Positions 13,836 to 26,626 of a DNA stretch of 64,000 nt are shown piece after piece. The stretch covers positions 79,608,001 to 79,672,000 of the forward strand of contig OX597819.1 of NCBI GenBank assembly GCA_951406725.2. The letters are read 5' to 3'. A program made the position numbers and the translations under genes. This stretch comes from Octopus vulgaris. Lineage: Eukaryota. The number at the start of each line of letters is the position of its first letter. The first letter of the stretch is position 1. Below the pieces are notes generated by a model. It worked only from the letters and a program-made list of their open reading frames with translations. It was not told the origin of the DNA and did no database searches.

Positions 13836-15597
13836 GTCTGCATACGCGGACGACGTCACCGTCATAGTGTCTAGCCACGAGCACATCGAGCTGGTCGGCG
13901 AGACACTGAAAAACTACGAAGCGGTGACAGGAGCGAAAATCAACCGGGAAAAGTCAGTGGGCGTGCGACTAGGCACCTGGAGAAGCAAGCCCATGCCGTC
14001 CACCAGCGCCTCCGTCGTGGGACGCTGGACCGACGGCCCGGTTGAGTTGCTCGGGGTCTGGTTTGGTCCGGACCTCCAAGTGGAGAAGAACTGGAACGAG
14101 ATAACGAGTAGGGTGGTCACTCTCGCCCGGCAATGGGCCGAGAGGAAACTGTCCCTAAAAGGTCGAGCGGAGGTGGCGAACACGTACATCGCGTCCGTCA
14201 TCTACTACCGCCTGACCGTCGTACCTTGTCCCGACCCTACCATCACCAAACTACAACGCATCCTCTTTCGCTTCTTGTGGAAAGGATGCGTCCCGATGGT
14301 CAGGCGATCCATTTGCTGTCAACACCCGTTAAAAGGAGGGCTGGGCATGCCGTGGTTGATGATGCGCAGACACGCGCTGAGACTGCGACATCTCTGGCTC
14401 TATGTAGACGACGGTGAACAGGTGTGGTCGCCGTTTGTGAGGCACGCTTTCCCGCAGCTCGTCTCCATGACCGAACTGCAGTCGTGGATCAAAAAGAGGC
14501 CGAGGAAGGGCGAATGGCACCGCGAGTGTCGCGTTGCTCTCAAGCAACTCTGCCGTCCTGGGTCGACCTTAAGTGACTTCAACACAACCAAAGCATTCTA
14601 TAGGGGTTTAGTGGAGGGGAGGTACGACGACGAGCTCGGGGCGAACCTGGACGTCGACGAGGAGTACCTGACCCGCCTGTTCAGGACGACTTTCGGGCCA
14701 GGGCCCATGGACAACTTCCAGAGATCCCTGGCCTGGCAGTGCTACCGAGAAGCGCTACCCGTTCGGGATAAGCTCTACAGACACGGCTCAAGAAACACGG
14801 GGCCGACCTGCCCGAGATGCGGTCAGAGCGACGAAACCGTTCTGCACGCACTCGTTCAGTGTCCAACAATTTCCGACCTGTGGGCTTATGTCGAACAACT
14901 GCTGTCACGTGTGGGACGAGTCGGTTTATCAGCTGAGTCTATCGTCAATATTGTCACGCCTCCTTCCTTCAAACGGGAAGGAAGAGCTATTTTCATCATC
15001 CTTGTGGCTATGGCGAAAGAATGTATCTGGTGGACGCGTCTGAAAGGATTGGAGACAAACACTTTCCTCTCTGGTCAATCTCTCATCAACTTCTTCAAGT
15101 ACCACTTGAAAAGGAAAGTGAGAGTAGAGAGGCAAGTTTTGTCTAGCGAATGTTTTAAAAAAAGATGGGTGAATGTAGCAAGAATGGCACGTATGAATGA
15201 CGAAGCCACCTTGAGCATGATCCTATGAACCCAGAAATTGAAAACAGAGAGTTGCTTATTTGCAAAAAAAAAAAAAAAAAAAGAAATATAACATGTGACT
15301 CCATTGACCGAGGTTACTGGTCTTTTCCGTAGGCTTTTCTTTCCACGGGTAAACCTCACCTGTCCTCCCCTTTACACTTCATATTGACATTTCTGTGATA
15401 ACGATCCCTATTGATCAATTTTTTTTCCTCTCCCTTTTTTTTAACCCCCTTTTTTTGTCCTCTTTCTCTCCTTTTACGATCCCTTTTGATCGAAACTCCC
15501 CCATCCTTTTTTTTTTTTTTTTAACCCTTCAAAAGAAAAGCTCTACCTTGTAATTTGTTCTATCTGTGTGCAGCCCTGTGTGGCTAATAAAGAAACA

Positions 15598-15599
<2 letters not shown>
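13835..15599 (+). mobile_element. 5'-truncated Tx1-like (L1 group) LINE inserted in (TATC)n
   Basis: GC-rich island with an open RT frame, pyrimidine-rich 3' UTR and AATAAA at 15586-15591, with (TATC)n on both flanks. Confidence 0.9.
13837..15228 (+). CDS. Tx1-like LINE ORF2 C-terminal half (RT YADD to zf-RVT), 5'-truncated, no own start
   Basis: In-frame SAYADDVT at 13837-13860, then GAKINREKS, LLGVWFG, LSLKGRAEVAN, FRFLWKG, GGLG and the CCHC motif CPRCGQSDETVLHALVQC; no internal stops. Confidence 0.9.
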   Translation, partial: SAYADDVTVIVSSHEHIELVGETLKNYEAVTGAKINREKSVGVRLGTWRSKPMPSTSASVVGRWTDGPVELLGVWFGPDLQVEKNWNEITSRVVTLARQWAERKLSLKGRAEVANTYIASVIYYRLTVVPCPDPTITKLQRILFRFLWKGCVPMVRRSICCQHPLKGGLGMPWLMMRRHALRLRHLWLYVDDGEQVWSPFVRHAFPQLVSMTELQSWIKKRPRKGEWHRECRVALKQLCRPGSTLSDFNTTKAFYRGLVEGRYDDELGANLDVDEEYLTRLFRTTFGPGPMDNFQRSLAWQCYREALPVRDKLYRHGSRNTGPTCPRCGQSDETVLHALVQCPTISDLWAYVEQLLSRVGRVGLSAESIVNIVTPPSFKREGRAIFIILVAMAKECIWWTRLKGLETNTFLSGQSLINFFKYHLKRKVRVERQVLSSECFKKRWVNVARMARMNDEATLSMIL

Positions 15600-15646
<47 letters not shown>

Positions 15647-15653
15647 GTCTGTA

Positions 15654-15714
<61 letters not shown>

Positions 15715-15725
15715 GTCTGTCTGTA

Positions 15726-15794
<69 letters not shown>

Positions 15795-15817
15795 CTCTAT
15801 CTCTCTATCTATCTACC

Positions 15818-15856
<39 letters not shown>

Positions 15857-15890
15857 ATCCATCTATCTATCTTTCTGTCGGGCTGTCTGT
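15597..15890. repeat. (TATC)n/(TGTC)n microsatellite
   Basis: Directly visible. Confidence 0.95.
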
Positions 15891-16697
15891 CAGTCCGCGT
15901 GTGTGTGTATCTTCGTTCTTGTCTCTCACCACTTGACAACAAATGTTGGTTCGCTTCCATTGACGTAATCTACCTATTCGGCAAAGGATGTACTGTACAC
16001 AGAACGTAGAGAGCCGGAAAAAATTCCTGCAAGACATGTTTTCCGAACTTGTAACTCATCCGTCAATCCATGAGCCTTAGAAGGATTTTCTAGATAGGCA
16101 CAAGGCATGGAATTTTAGGTGCAACGGAAGTGTTGGTTATATCGAAAAAGTTCTGTATTTTATCGATTCCGGAAGGATGATGTAACAAAGTTGACGTAAA
16201 CGGTATTTGAACCCACAAATCAAAGGAACGGGAAAATAACTTATTTTGTCCGACGCTGTAACGATTTCGCCAACCCGTTGCCCTTTCTCGTGACTAATGA
16301 AAGCAATAAGTATTATGTCTATATTATCGATATTATAACCCCTAACAGATCCTCTAGTAATAGAGGGTGATACCATGACTAGGACCAGCTCCAATCCCTA
16401 ACCAGTGCCATTGTAGCTAATAATACCACTGCAACTGTAAACACCACCACCACCACCACCACAAATACATCTACTATCATTACCGTAGTCGCCGCCACTG
16501 CCACGACAACGACAACGACGACGACGACCACCACGACCACCACCACCACCACTACCACCACCACCACCACCACTACCACCACCACCACCACCACCACAGT
16601 TACGGAACGATCAACATTACTGTCATTATCATGAATAGTGATTACATCATTTATTGCTGGAATTCAAGTAGTGAGGTGTGCTTAGAAATGTGCATCG

Positions 16698-16897
16698 CCC
16701 TCTCCCTCTCCCTCTGTCACTCCCTCTATCTTCCCTTTCCCTCTCTCCCTCCCTCCATCCTTACCCTCTATTTGTCCCGTCTCCCTCTCTCCTCTTTCTC
16801 CCCACGCCGCCTTCCTTTCTCCCTCTCCCTCCCTCTTTCCCTAGTGCTCCCCTCCCCTCCTTCTCCCATACTATCTCTTCCTCCCCTCTCTCTTTCT
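16698..16897. repeat. Polypyrimidine low-complexity tract
   Basis: Almost entirely C/T. Confidence 0.85.
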
Positions 16898-16929
16898 CAC
16901 TGTATATCTATATCTATATATATATACTG

Positions 16930-16984
<55 letters not shown>

Positions 16985-17113
16985 GTGTGTGTATGCGTGC
17001 GAGCATGCATGACTATGTGTGTACGCGTATCTCGATATATATATATACTTATGTATTTTGCGTACATACATTCATAGATACATTTACACACACACACGTG
17101 CGCACACGTACGC

Positions 17114-17149
<36 letters not shown>

Positions 17150-17700
17150 GCACATACACATGTCATTGTACACGTATGTGTATATACGTACGTACGGACG
17201 TTTGTATGTATGAATGTATGTTTGCATGGCTTACAAGCACAGCACATATTTGAGTAAATAATATTTATCTGTACAAGGGAGAAAGACACATGTCGATAAA
17301 GCGATGCAGAGTTCAACAATATCACTCTATTGCACCATTGAATGTGACAAAATGCATAGCTCACATGCCGTATGTAACTATAATTAATGAATTTAATTTT
17401 AACATGGAACTCAAACGTTTCATTAGACATGAAATATAATTAAAATATTCTCGTCTCTTTCTTTCTTTCTTTCCTTCTTTCTTCGTTTCTCTTGTTCTAT
17501 TTCGTCTTCGTTTTGTCCATTTGCATTGCTCTTCTTTCATCTATGTCCTCTTTCTATCTTTTATCATTCGCCTGTAATCCATTGTATTCCTTTCGTTTGG
17601 TTGTTTGTTTTAGTTGCCTTTGTTCATATTAGCTATGTCATTGTTTTACTGCTGAAGTATTTGAGTGGTTACATGCATATATCGTTCATAGAAAATCTTG

Positions 17701-17755
<55 letters not shown>

Positions 17756-17824
17756 TTGGAAATGGATACGTGGCGTTCAATTAAAATAATAAATAATATA
17801 TAATACATATACATAAAATATAAG

Positions 17825-17869
<45 letters not shown>

Positions 17870-17872
<3 letters not shown>

Positions 17873-18047
17873 GAGTTGCTGAAGCATGGAATAAACTGCC
17901 TGCGTCAGTTGTTGACTGCCATGACACTGCATCCTTTAAGGCCCTCATGCTTTCCGAAATCCGTCGAAACTACACCTGATTATATATGCACTTTAGATGA
18001 GTTGTAGTGCACCTGAGCACTGTACACAATGTTTATTATTATTATTA
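17870..18047 (+). mobile_element. CR1/L2-group LINE extreme 3' end
   Basis: RVAEAWNKLPASVVDCHDTASFKALM matches the RV..WN.LP..VV...FK terminal motif, followed by a short UTR and (TTA)n tail. Confidence 0.7.
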
Positions 18048-18052
18048 TATAT

Positions 18053-18775
18053 ACATGCATGGGTACAGGATGTTACCGGCAGTGCAAATAAGATGAAATA
18101 CGTAAGCAAACGGGTTATGTACGCAAGCAACGAGAGAAAAAAAAGGAAAACAGCACAAGTAAACAACAGAGAAAAGACCCTATATCAGTTGTTGGTTGTC
18201 TATTTACTCCTCATTTCGGGCATTCAAAGACAGTTGCTCCCATAAATTCTAAAATAAAATTTAGGATTTACGGACGGTCAAAGTTGGGAACCAAAACATG
18301 ACTGGAGACATAAAAAAAAGAAACCAAACGAAAACAAACCAGGAGGCTCGTTAGACCAGAATGAAAGGAAAATAGTGAAGGCTGGGAGAAACATTTTTTT
18401 GAAAAGAGAAAAGATAGAAGAAAAAAAGCAGCGTTCGCTATTTTCTTCTCATTCTGGTCTAACGAGCCTCCATGTTTGTTTTTGTTCTGTTTTCTTTTTA
18501 TGTCTCCATTCATAGTTTTGTTCACAACTTTGACCCTCTATAAATCCTAAGTTTTATTTAAGAATTTATGGGAGCAACTGCCTTTGAAGACTCATATTGT
18601 CGTTGAATGCGCGAAATGAGGCGTAGATAGGCTACCGTCAACTGATGAAGGGTCCTTTCTCTGTATTTACTTGTCCTGTTTTCCTTTTTTTCTCGCTTTT
18701 TACGTATTTAATTCATTTGTTTATGTATTTCATGTTATTTGCACCCTCGGTAACGTCCTGTACCCATACATGCAT
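18053..18775. mobile_element. Long imperfect inverted repeat, Penelope-like
   Basis: Arm at about 18053-18297 (catgggtacaggatgttacc..ggtcaaagttgggaaccaaaac) is the reverse complement of about 18516-18775. Confidence 0.65.
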
Positions 18776-18862
<87 letters not shown>

Positions 18863-18952
18863 CATATAATATTATATATACATATATATGTATGTACGTA
18901 TGTATGTAATATATTTGTCTGGATATGTATACGTTATATCTGTATATAAATG

Positions 18953-19025
<73 letters not shown>

Positions 19026-20099
19026 CACAAAATTTTAAATGTGTTACAAAACTAGGTATACAGTTATGAAAAAAGAAAACATACAAATGAAAAGTAACAA
19101 TTATAGTATTATTATAGTAATGATAAATGTATCATTATGATTAATGACACTGAAGATATCAAAAAATGGGGCTAATTTAATGTGCTAATAATTTTAATGA
19201 ATTAAGTATTATAACATTGATGTGATACTTACTGTGTACTTACTTTTGCAGCCCCTGTATTTGATTCTTTTGTCAGTATTGTATCAGTAAATATTCTCTT
19301 GCTGTTCTTAAGGCGGTTTAAAGACCATTTTGACCTAAATACACACGCAAGCACGTAGGTATGCATACACGCACGCACATACGCACACACATAAACACGC
19401 ACACACACTCGCAGACACACACATAAACACATATATACGTGTGTGCGTGTGTGTATATGTGTGTATATATCATATATATAATGCATATAACTGAAATATA
19501 TATATGTGCTGAAATTTCGACTGAGGAAAATAGTGTTGCCTTGATGTTATCTTACATAATTACAAGAAACACTTGTATTAAATGCATTCATAAAAAAATC
19601 TCAGAAAATTCGGCCTTTGGTTTTGTGCATATTTTGATACTAGGACTCTGTGTGTAAATAAGTAGACATACTGGCACAAAATGAAGTGACCACAGCCATA
19701 CTCAGTATATGTTGTCTGTTCCTACGCTATGAATCATGCTTTAGCTTCTCAGACACTTCTACGGCAGCAGCACCACCACCACCACCAGCACCACCATCAA
19801 TTAACTATTACCACCGTCTACCACATGATGATAATGATGATGATGATGATCATCATCATCATCATCATTATCGTCAGCATTTGTAATAAAAACCCCCAGT
19901 AACTGAAGATATGTCAGATAAGCAATTATTAGGTATGTCGGCGTTTGGTCTCTTTCAACAATTCTCATTTCACACAACACGCAGCTGCCTTATTCGACTG
20001 TTTCCTTTTCTCTTAACTACTTTTGATGAATTGTCCTTTAAGTACAGCCATTTCCCTATCTAAGCAATCTCAAACTGCAATCTTCATGTTGTATTGTCT

Positions 20100-22020
20100 C
20101 TTATGTCACTTATTTCGAAGACTTGGCTTGTAATATTTCTTGATGTCGTTTCGGTGTATATTCCTATATAGGATTAAGCCATATTTATATAATTCATTTA
20201 TAGTTTATTATTCTTTTTTCCGGTGATGAAGTGTTTACGGATTCTTCCAGAGTCAAGGAATCTCCCCAAAGATGGCTCCATTCTCTAGTGCTAGTATGAG
20301 ATTAGAACGCTGTCCTTTATGCACGTTTGGAGTGAGTTAGCTGATGTGTTAACTGGGTGCAATAACCTCACAGACCCGCTCAGATGTTCCCAGCAGTTAA
20401 CAAGAACCGACTGGATTTCCTGAATGTGAAAATCACCTAGAGAGAGTACTTTGTCGCCATGTAGATAGATATAGTGTAGACTGTCCATAGTCCAAAGTGG
20501 TCGACTATTATGGCCAACAAATCTGTGATTGGTATGCTCGACCTAGATAAACTTCGTAAGAAATGTCTGGTTACATGAAACTAAACACGTTGTTTTCGGT
20601 ACACCAAGTTTACAGAGCCGCGTTTAGCAGGACCTGAAGGGGAGGTCGTCAAAACCAAACGGTTGCTACCTTAGAGAAGCGTCAATAGAGTTTCGCAAGG
20701 ACGAAGTGATAGAGTATTCTAGAATAGAAAGTGACCTACTTAGAAACATAGAAAGGGCGTTTAAGAAAGGATTCGCGACCAACATACTTGTGAAGATATT
20801 GGTCCGTCATCAATTCATCAACGCGATGAATGGTGGTTACGTTGTTAGAGCTATGTCACGTGATCTAAGACACTAAATGACGAAAGACGATCGGTGGGTC
20901 CTGGTGAGTAGCAAAGATGCAATATTGTAATAAAGCCTAAATTCGATCTTTGGTGAACTACGATGAGTATGCGACCAATCCCAAGTAGATAGGTCTTACT
21001 TTTCAGCTGCACTTTGCTCGACTATTGCGGACGAGTGATGAGCCAGATCGCAGGGTGGGCTCTAATGTCCACCTTGATAGTTGCCTCAAATCTCAGCAAA
21101 GTAGGTAGTGAATAACAACTACGGGAATATGGAAAGCAATAAGCTGCGTGAAGAGCAAATTGCCTGATTTGAGTGGTCTGCCCTACAACCTTTACATTTA
21201 TATAACAGTCTTTGCAGATGTTTAGCACAGATGTTGGCAGAATGTAAAGATACCCGCTTTTGTAATCAGTGGGTGGTGGTGCTGTATGAAAGGATATAAA
21301 CAAGGCGAACCACATTGTCATTTTGTTTACCAATACCTCTGTTACTTGCAGATTTCAACATTTCGACAAGGTGTTATTGAAGAGGCTGATACTTGGTCCT
21401 GGTGGTCTGACTGCGTGCGTACAAACACCATCTAGAACACATCCATCCATGTCCATCTCTACCTCATTCGATATATCATATATAACACGGGTAAGAATCC
21501 TGAGAAGGGTGCGATCTTCATTAGCATAGATAAATTTGAAGCTTTCGATAGGGTCGATCATCACTATTTGGCAGATGTCATCATGGTAGCCAGTTTCGTT
21601 CCCTGTTTATAGGGGCTGCAAAATACATTAAACATCGGTTGGATTGTCAAAATGAACGACCATGTATTTGTAATCTTTCTAGATTAATGTATTCGGTCTG
21701 TCAACGTCCTTTCTAGATGTACTTCCAACTTTACTGCTACAACTGCGGAAATTGTAGACTGTGACAAGCATCATGCATGTACAGTGATAAGATGTCTGTG
21801 AGCATATGCGGATGACGTCACACTAACAGTGTCACGCAGCATGCATATACAGGGCACGGTTCCAAGGGAATATAAGGCGGTGATACAGGGCAAGCTCCAT
21901 CAAGAAATATCGTAACTCCGACTCTCTATAGGGATCAGGAGAGGCAACTCCATGACGAACATGTTAAATTGCTCGCGGATGTATTGTGGACATATGTCAT
22001 TGCTAAAAGTCAATATGGCT
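20100..22020 (+). pseudogene. Heavily decayed Tx1-like LINE ORF2 (endonuclease to RT)
   Basis: Remnant motifs GY.KLN (about 20568), GLPY (21174), KVLLKRL, LKLSI/AFDRVDH (about 21540) and AYADDVT (gcatatgcggatgacgtcac, 21801), matching 13840. Confidence 0.75.
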
Positions 22021-22124
22021 GAAATTAGTTACAGTAATTACATGAGCAGCAGAAGCAGTAGTAGTAGCATTAACAGCTGTAGTAGTATTAGCAGCAATAA
22101 TAGTAGGAATTGTAATTGCAGCAG

Positions 22125-22532
22125 AAGGCGGCGAGCTCACTGAATCGTTAGTACGCCGGTGAAGATGCTTTGCAGCATTTCGTCCGTCTTTACGTTCTGA
22201 GTTCAAATACCGACGAAGTCGGCTTTGCTTTTCATCCTTTCGGGATAGATAAAATAAATACCTGTTGAATATTGGGGTCGATGTAAACGACTTAGGCACT
22301 TGTGTCAAATTTGAAATCAACATTTAGCTGTTAAGGCAGGGAGCTGGCAGGACCGTTAGCACGCCGGACAAAATGCTTAACTGCATTTGGTTCGTGTGTA
22401 TGTTCTGAGTTCAAACACTGACGAGGCCGACTTTGCCTTTCATCCTGTTCAGAATCGATAAAATAAGTACAAGTTGAGTACTGGGGTTGATATAATCGAA
22501 TACACCCTCTCCCAAATTTCAGACCTTGTGCA
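22125..22532 (+). mobile_element. Two tandem SINE family B copies
   Basis: Heads at about 22125 and 22333; each has gactttgcctttcatcct..gataaaataa. Confidence 0.85.
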
Positions 22533-22579
22533 GGATTATAGTAGAAAATATAGTAGAGATCATAGTAGAAAGGATTATA

Positions 22580-22870
22580 GCGGACAAGGCTGAAAGGCAC
22601 GAGGACCGCCATATTCCTCCTTGGTAGACGCCTCATGAACTTCTTCAAGCTTCCCTTGAAAAGGAAACTGTGTTTGAAGAGGGAGGTGTTGTTTTCCATT
22701 GAATTTATCAAAAGGTGCGTGAAAGTTGCGAAAATAGCAAGAGTGGATGGTACTCCTCTAAGTGTAGACCTGTGAGTAGGAGAAAGGGGAATTTTAGAGG
22801 GCAGTCGTCCTTGGTGTTCAGGGAGATTTTGGACGGTGGGGTCCTTCGATTATTCCTAGAGATCCTCTTG
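22580..22870 (+). pseudogene. 3' end of the decayed Tx1-like LINE
   Basis: ctcatgaacttcttcaagcttcccttgaaaaggaaactg aligns to ctcatcaacttcttcaagtaccacttgaaaaggaaagtg at about 15082. Confidence 0.75.
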
Positions 22871-23096
22871 TACCAGAAGGACTACATCACTATCATTCTC
22901 CCACTTATTTTTATCTATGTATACTATTGATATATACCATCTTCCTTTTCATTGTATATTTTTACTGCTTTTTCTTTTTTTTTTGTTATTTCTTTATTTA
23001 TTTTATCATTTCATTAGCTTTACAACTCCCCCGCACTTTGTATGCTTCATTGTAGTATCTCCCTCACCCTTCGGTCTGGTGCCAAATAAAAGACAT

Positions 23097-23179
23097 TCCT
23101 CTTCTTCTTCTTCTTCTTCTTCTTCTTCTTCTTCTTCTTCTTCTTCTTTTTCCTCCTCCTCCTCCTCCTCCTCCTCTTC

Positions 23180-23211
<32 letters not shown>

Positions 23212-23218
23212 CTTCTTC

Positions 23219-23255
<37 letters not shown>

Positions 23256-23388
23256 TATCATTAATATTGTTGTTATTGTTATTGTTATTATTATTATTAT
23301 TATTAGTAGTAGTAGTAGTAGTAGTAGTAGCACAGCAGTATCATCATCATCATCATCATCATCATTATTATTATTATTATTGTTATTA

Positions 23389-23474
<86 letters not shown>

Positions 23475-23891
23475 TGTAGTAGTAGTAGTAAAATTAGTTA
23501 GTCTTTTGTCATGTACGATTTCATTATTGTTGACAGCATTGTGGGTATTGGTGTTGCTACTATCCTCGCTGTTGTTGCTGATGCTTCTGATAATGATGGT
23601 AACCAAGAGAATGTCGTTAGTGTTGTTGCTATGGTTGTTGTTGTTGATGTTGATGCTGACGTTGTTGTTGCTCCTGTCATTTCACCAGACTTTATATTTA
23701 ACCTTAGTTGCTCTCTCTCACGTTACATATTTCATTCATGTCTTCACCTGGTTTTCTGTCGGTTTTACTTTCCGCTCTTCAATTTTCTTCCCGGTGTGTT
23801 GCAGCCATCGTCATCGTTGTTGTCGTCATCGCAATCATTGACATCACCACCACAAGCACCAGCACCAGCACCACCACCATCGTCACCATCG

Positions 23892-23954
<63 letters not shown>

Positions 23955-24183
23955 ATCACATCACGTCGTCAGCGTCATTGTCGTCTTCATCATCATCATC
24001 ATCATCACGAACATCATCATCATCATCGTCGTCCTCGTCATCCTCATAGCGGGCATCTTCGACATCGTCATTATCATCCGCCGCCTCCTACTCCCTCTCC
24101 TCCTCCACGCCCTCGTCATCCTCCACCTCCTGCTAACACCCCCTTTCCCTTTCTACTCCTCCACTTCTTTTTCATCATCATCG

Positions 24184-24219
<36 letters not shown>

Positions 24220-24245
24220 CGATTTTTGCTATCATTATAATCATG
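23097..24245. repeat. Compound trinucleotide microsatellite field (TTC, TCC, CAT, TAT, TAG, GTT)
   Basis: Directly visible. Confidence 0.9.
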
Positions 24246-24719
24246 AAAACCATTAATTGTTACTTTCATTTTGTGCTGCTATCATGAAATTAAAATTCTA
24301 TCAATTACTAAAATATGCATTCAAATATTTAGAAAAATATAAATATAAATGTATATAGACAATAAAGAATAAATAATAACTGGATTTCAATAAGCGTATA
24401 TACGTATCTACAAGCACATATATTTACATATTCTTAGATGCAGATATTCATTTCTATGTATACATATGTGTGTGTATGAGCGTGCGTATGTATGTATATA
24501 TATACATATATAATATATATGCATATATATATATATGTATGCATACGTGCATATATGTATATATGTATGTATGCTTGTGTGTATATATATGTGTATACAT
24601 ACATATATATATACGTATATATATTATATGCATATATATTTTTTGATCTATATACTTGTATGTATAAACGGAAAGTATCAATGTTTATATATACGCACAC
24701 AGAGCTACAGACACATGCA

Positions 24720-24752
<33 letters not shown>

Positions 24753-24985
24753 GCAAACATATTAGCTGAGTTTGCACAATTTCCGCAGCGAACGGTTTTC
24801 TACGACCTAGTGTGTACGAACGTCTTAAATATAATTGTAAATCTATGAATGATTATGTCTGCATGTGCATACATACATGCATGCATATATACATACATAC
24901 ATGCATATATATACACACATATATATGTATGTAAATAGATATGAATGCATATGTTTATATATATGTGTGTGTGTGTATGTGTGTA

Positions 24986-25028
<43 letters not shown>

Positions 25029-25115
25029 GTATTAAAGCTACCGTTTGTTTCATGTTGAAAAAAAAATTCTCAGCAATTTTTCAAGCCTAATCGCATGGAG
25101 GAAAGGTGCTCGTCT

Positions 25116-25703
25116 CCATTTTGGATGAAAACACTATCCAAAATGGGGGCGAACAATATTCATCCATGTGATTGGCTTGAACAACTGTTGAGATATTATG
25201 ATATTTTCATAACATAAAACCAAGCATTAAAACGCAAATAAAGAATTGTTGTCCACCAGTACGGTGTTGAGCACTCATTTCCGTTGTTAGGTATTTACGT
25301 ACACACACACACAGACACATACACACACACACACACACACACACGCATAAATATACATAGAGCACACCTCACGACCACCTGGTCCTTTCCTTGTTTCTTT
25401 GTCATTCTGACAAGTATTGATGTTTTCCAATATCTTTCTTCCCATAAATACATTTTATGGAATGACGATGAGTGAATAAGTGTGTTTTCCGTAGCCAAGG
25501 CTGGTCCATTGCCGGAACTTAATCAACAACAAAAATATCTGTTAATTTAAATTTTTAACTCTCACACCGATACAAGTGATCCGCACGCGCAAGTTTGTGT
25601 ATGTTAGGAAATATATATACTAATAGAAAATTATCTTTCACATAACTTTTTAAAATCACTCTGCGGCCATTTGGATCCATTTTGGATAGTGTTTTCATCC
25701 AAA
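25116..25703. repeat. 27-bp inverted repeat pair, possible MITE remnant
   Basis: tttggatgaaaacactatccaaaatgg (25120-25146) is the exact reverse complement of 25677-25703. Confidence 0.6.
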
Positions 25704-26229
25704 TTCCTTGCACAAATGCATACACACACTGACCCCACCTTTTCACTTGCTGTCACAAATTTCGAAATTCTAAAATTAAGTGAAAACATTTTCACACTGA
25801 ATCAGAACTTGTGATACATTTATTTCAGAAAAGTCTAGAAAAATGCTACAGAAGTTTAAACTTTGATAACTTTTACCCAATCAAAAATCAGGATTTGTGC
25901 ATGATAGCAGTATATCATAAAATGAAAGTAAACATAACACGACGTAGTTGGCAAGAAAATGAAAGCAATTATGTCACATGAAAAGCCAGAGAGAGGGACA
26001 GCATGCGTGTGGTGATAACACATATGTAAAGACTGATTGAAAAAATGTGTTGAAAATAACACATTGAGAGAGGAGAAGGAATAAAAGAGAGAGAAGGCAT
26101 AAGGGCGAGAGAGAGAGAGAGAATGTGTGTGATGGTGACAGATAGAGAGTGAGAGCTTTGTCAATCTAAAAGTTGAGTTATTTCTCGTAGCAAATTATAT
26201 TTTCTGATTATTATTTACGTAAATCCTCA

Positions 26230-26626
26230 TCATTGTTCGACCGTATCCGAGATAATGGAATTTACTATGTTACGCCAGACTTCACGGTTCATCATAGCAT
26301 TACGGAGGTCCTGTTGCTGGATGCCTGTATCCCTGGAGATTACATTAGAGTAGGAGAGTGTGCGCCCTCTGGTATCGCGAGCAGATGGCTTCCAGAGGAG
26401 AAGAGTAGAAATTACCTCGTTTTCAGCTCTACAACAATCTCCAGCAAACTGGACTCTTCTACCTTTCACAAGAGATGATACAGGTGGCAATTTCCCATAT
26501 ATTTGTATTTTGGTTGGATGACTCTTCCACGAGAGATTTTGAGCTCTCATAAGGAGGCGAGTGTAAGTTCCATCCAACCGCCTCTCGAGCTTCTTTGATA
26601 ACGTCCAGGTTTCTGAGCCATATAGT
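26230..26626 (-). pseudogene. RTE-clade LINE 3' fragment
   Basis: LLYGSETWTLSKKLERRLDGTYTRLL..SW..RRVQFAG.C.R..LLW.P..AMMNREVWR, a typical RTE C-terminus. Confidence 0.85.

Noticed and set aside
13914-15359. Antisense and alternate-frame ORFs over the LINE
   Set aside because: Shadow ORFs of GC-rich coding sequence.
23064-24287. 180-258 aa ORFs with poly-Ser/His/Asp/Arg
   Set aside because: Trinucleotide repeat read-through, open in several frames and on both strands.
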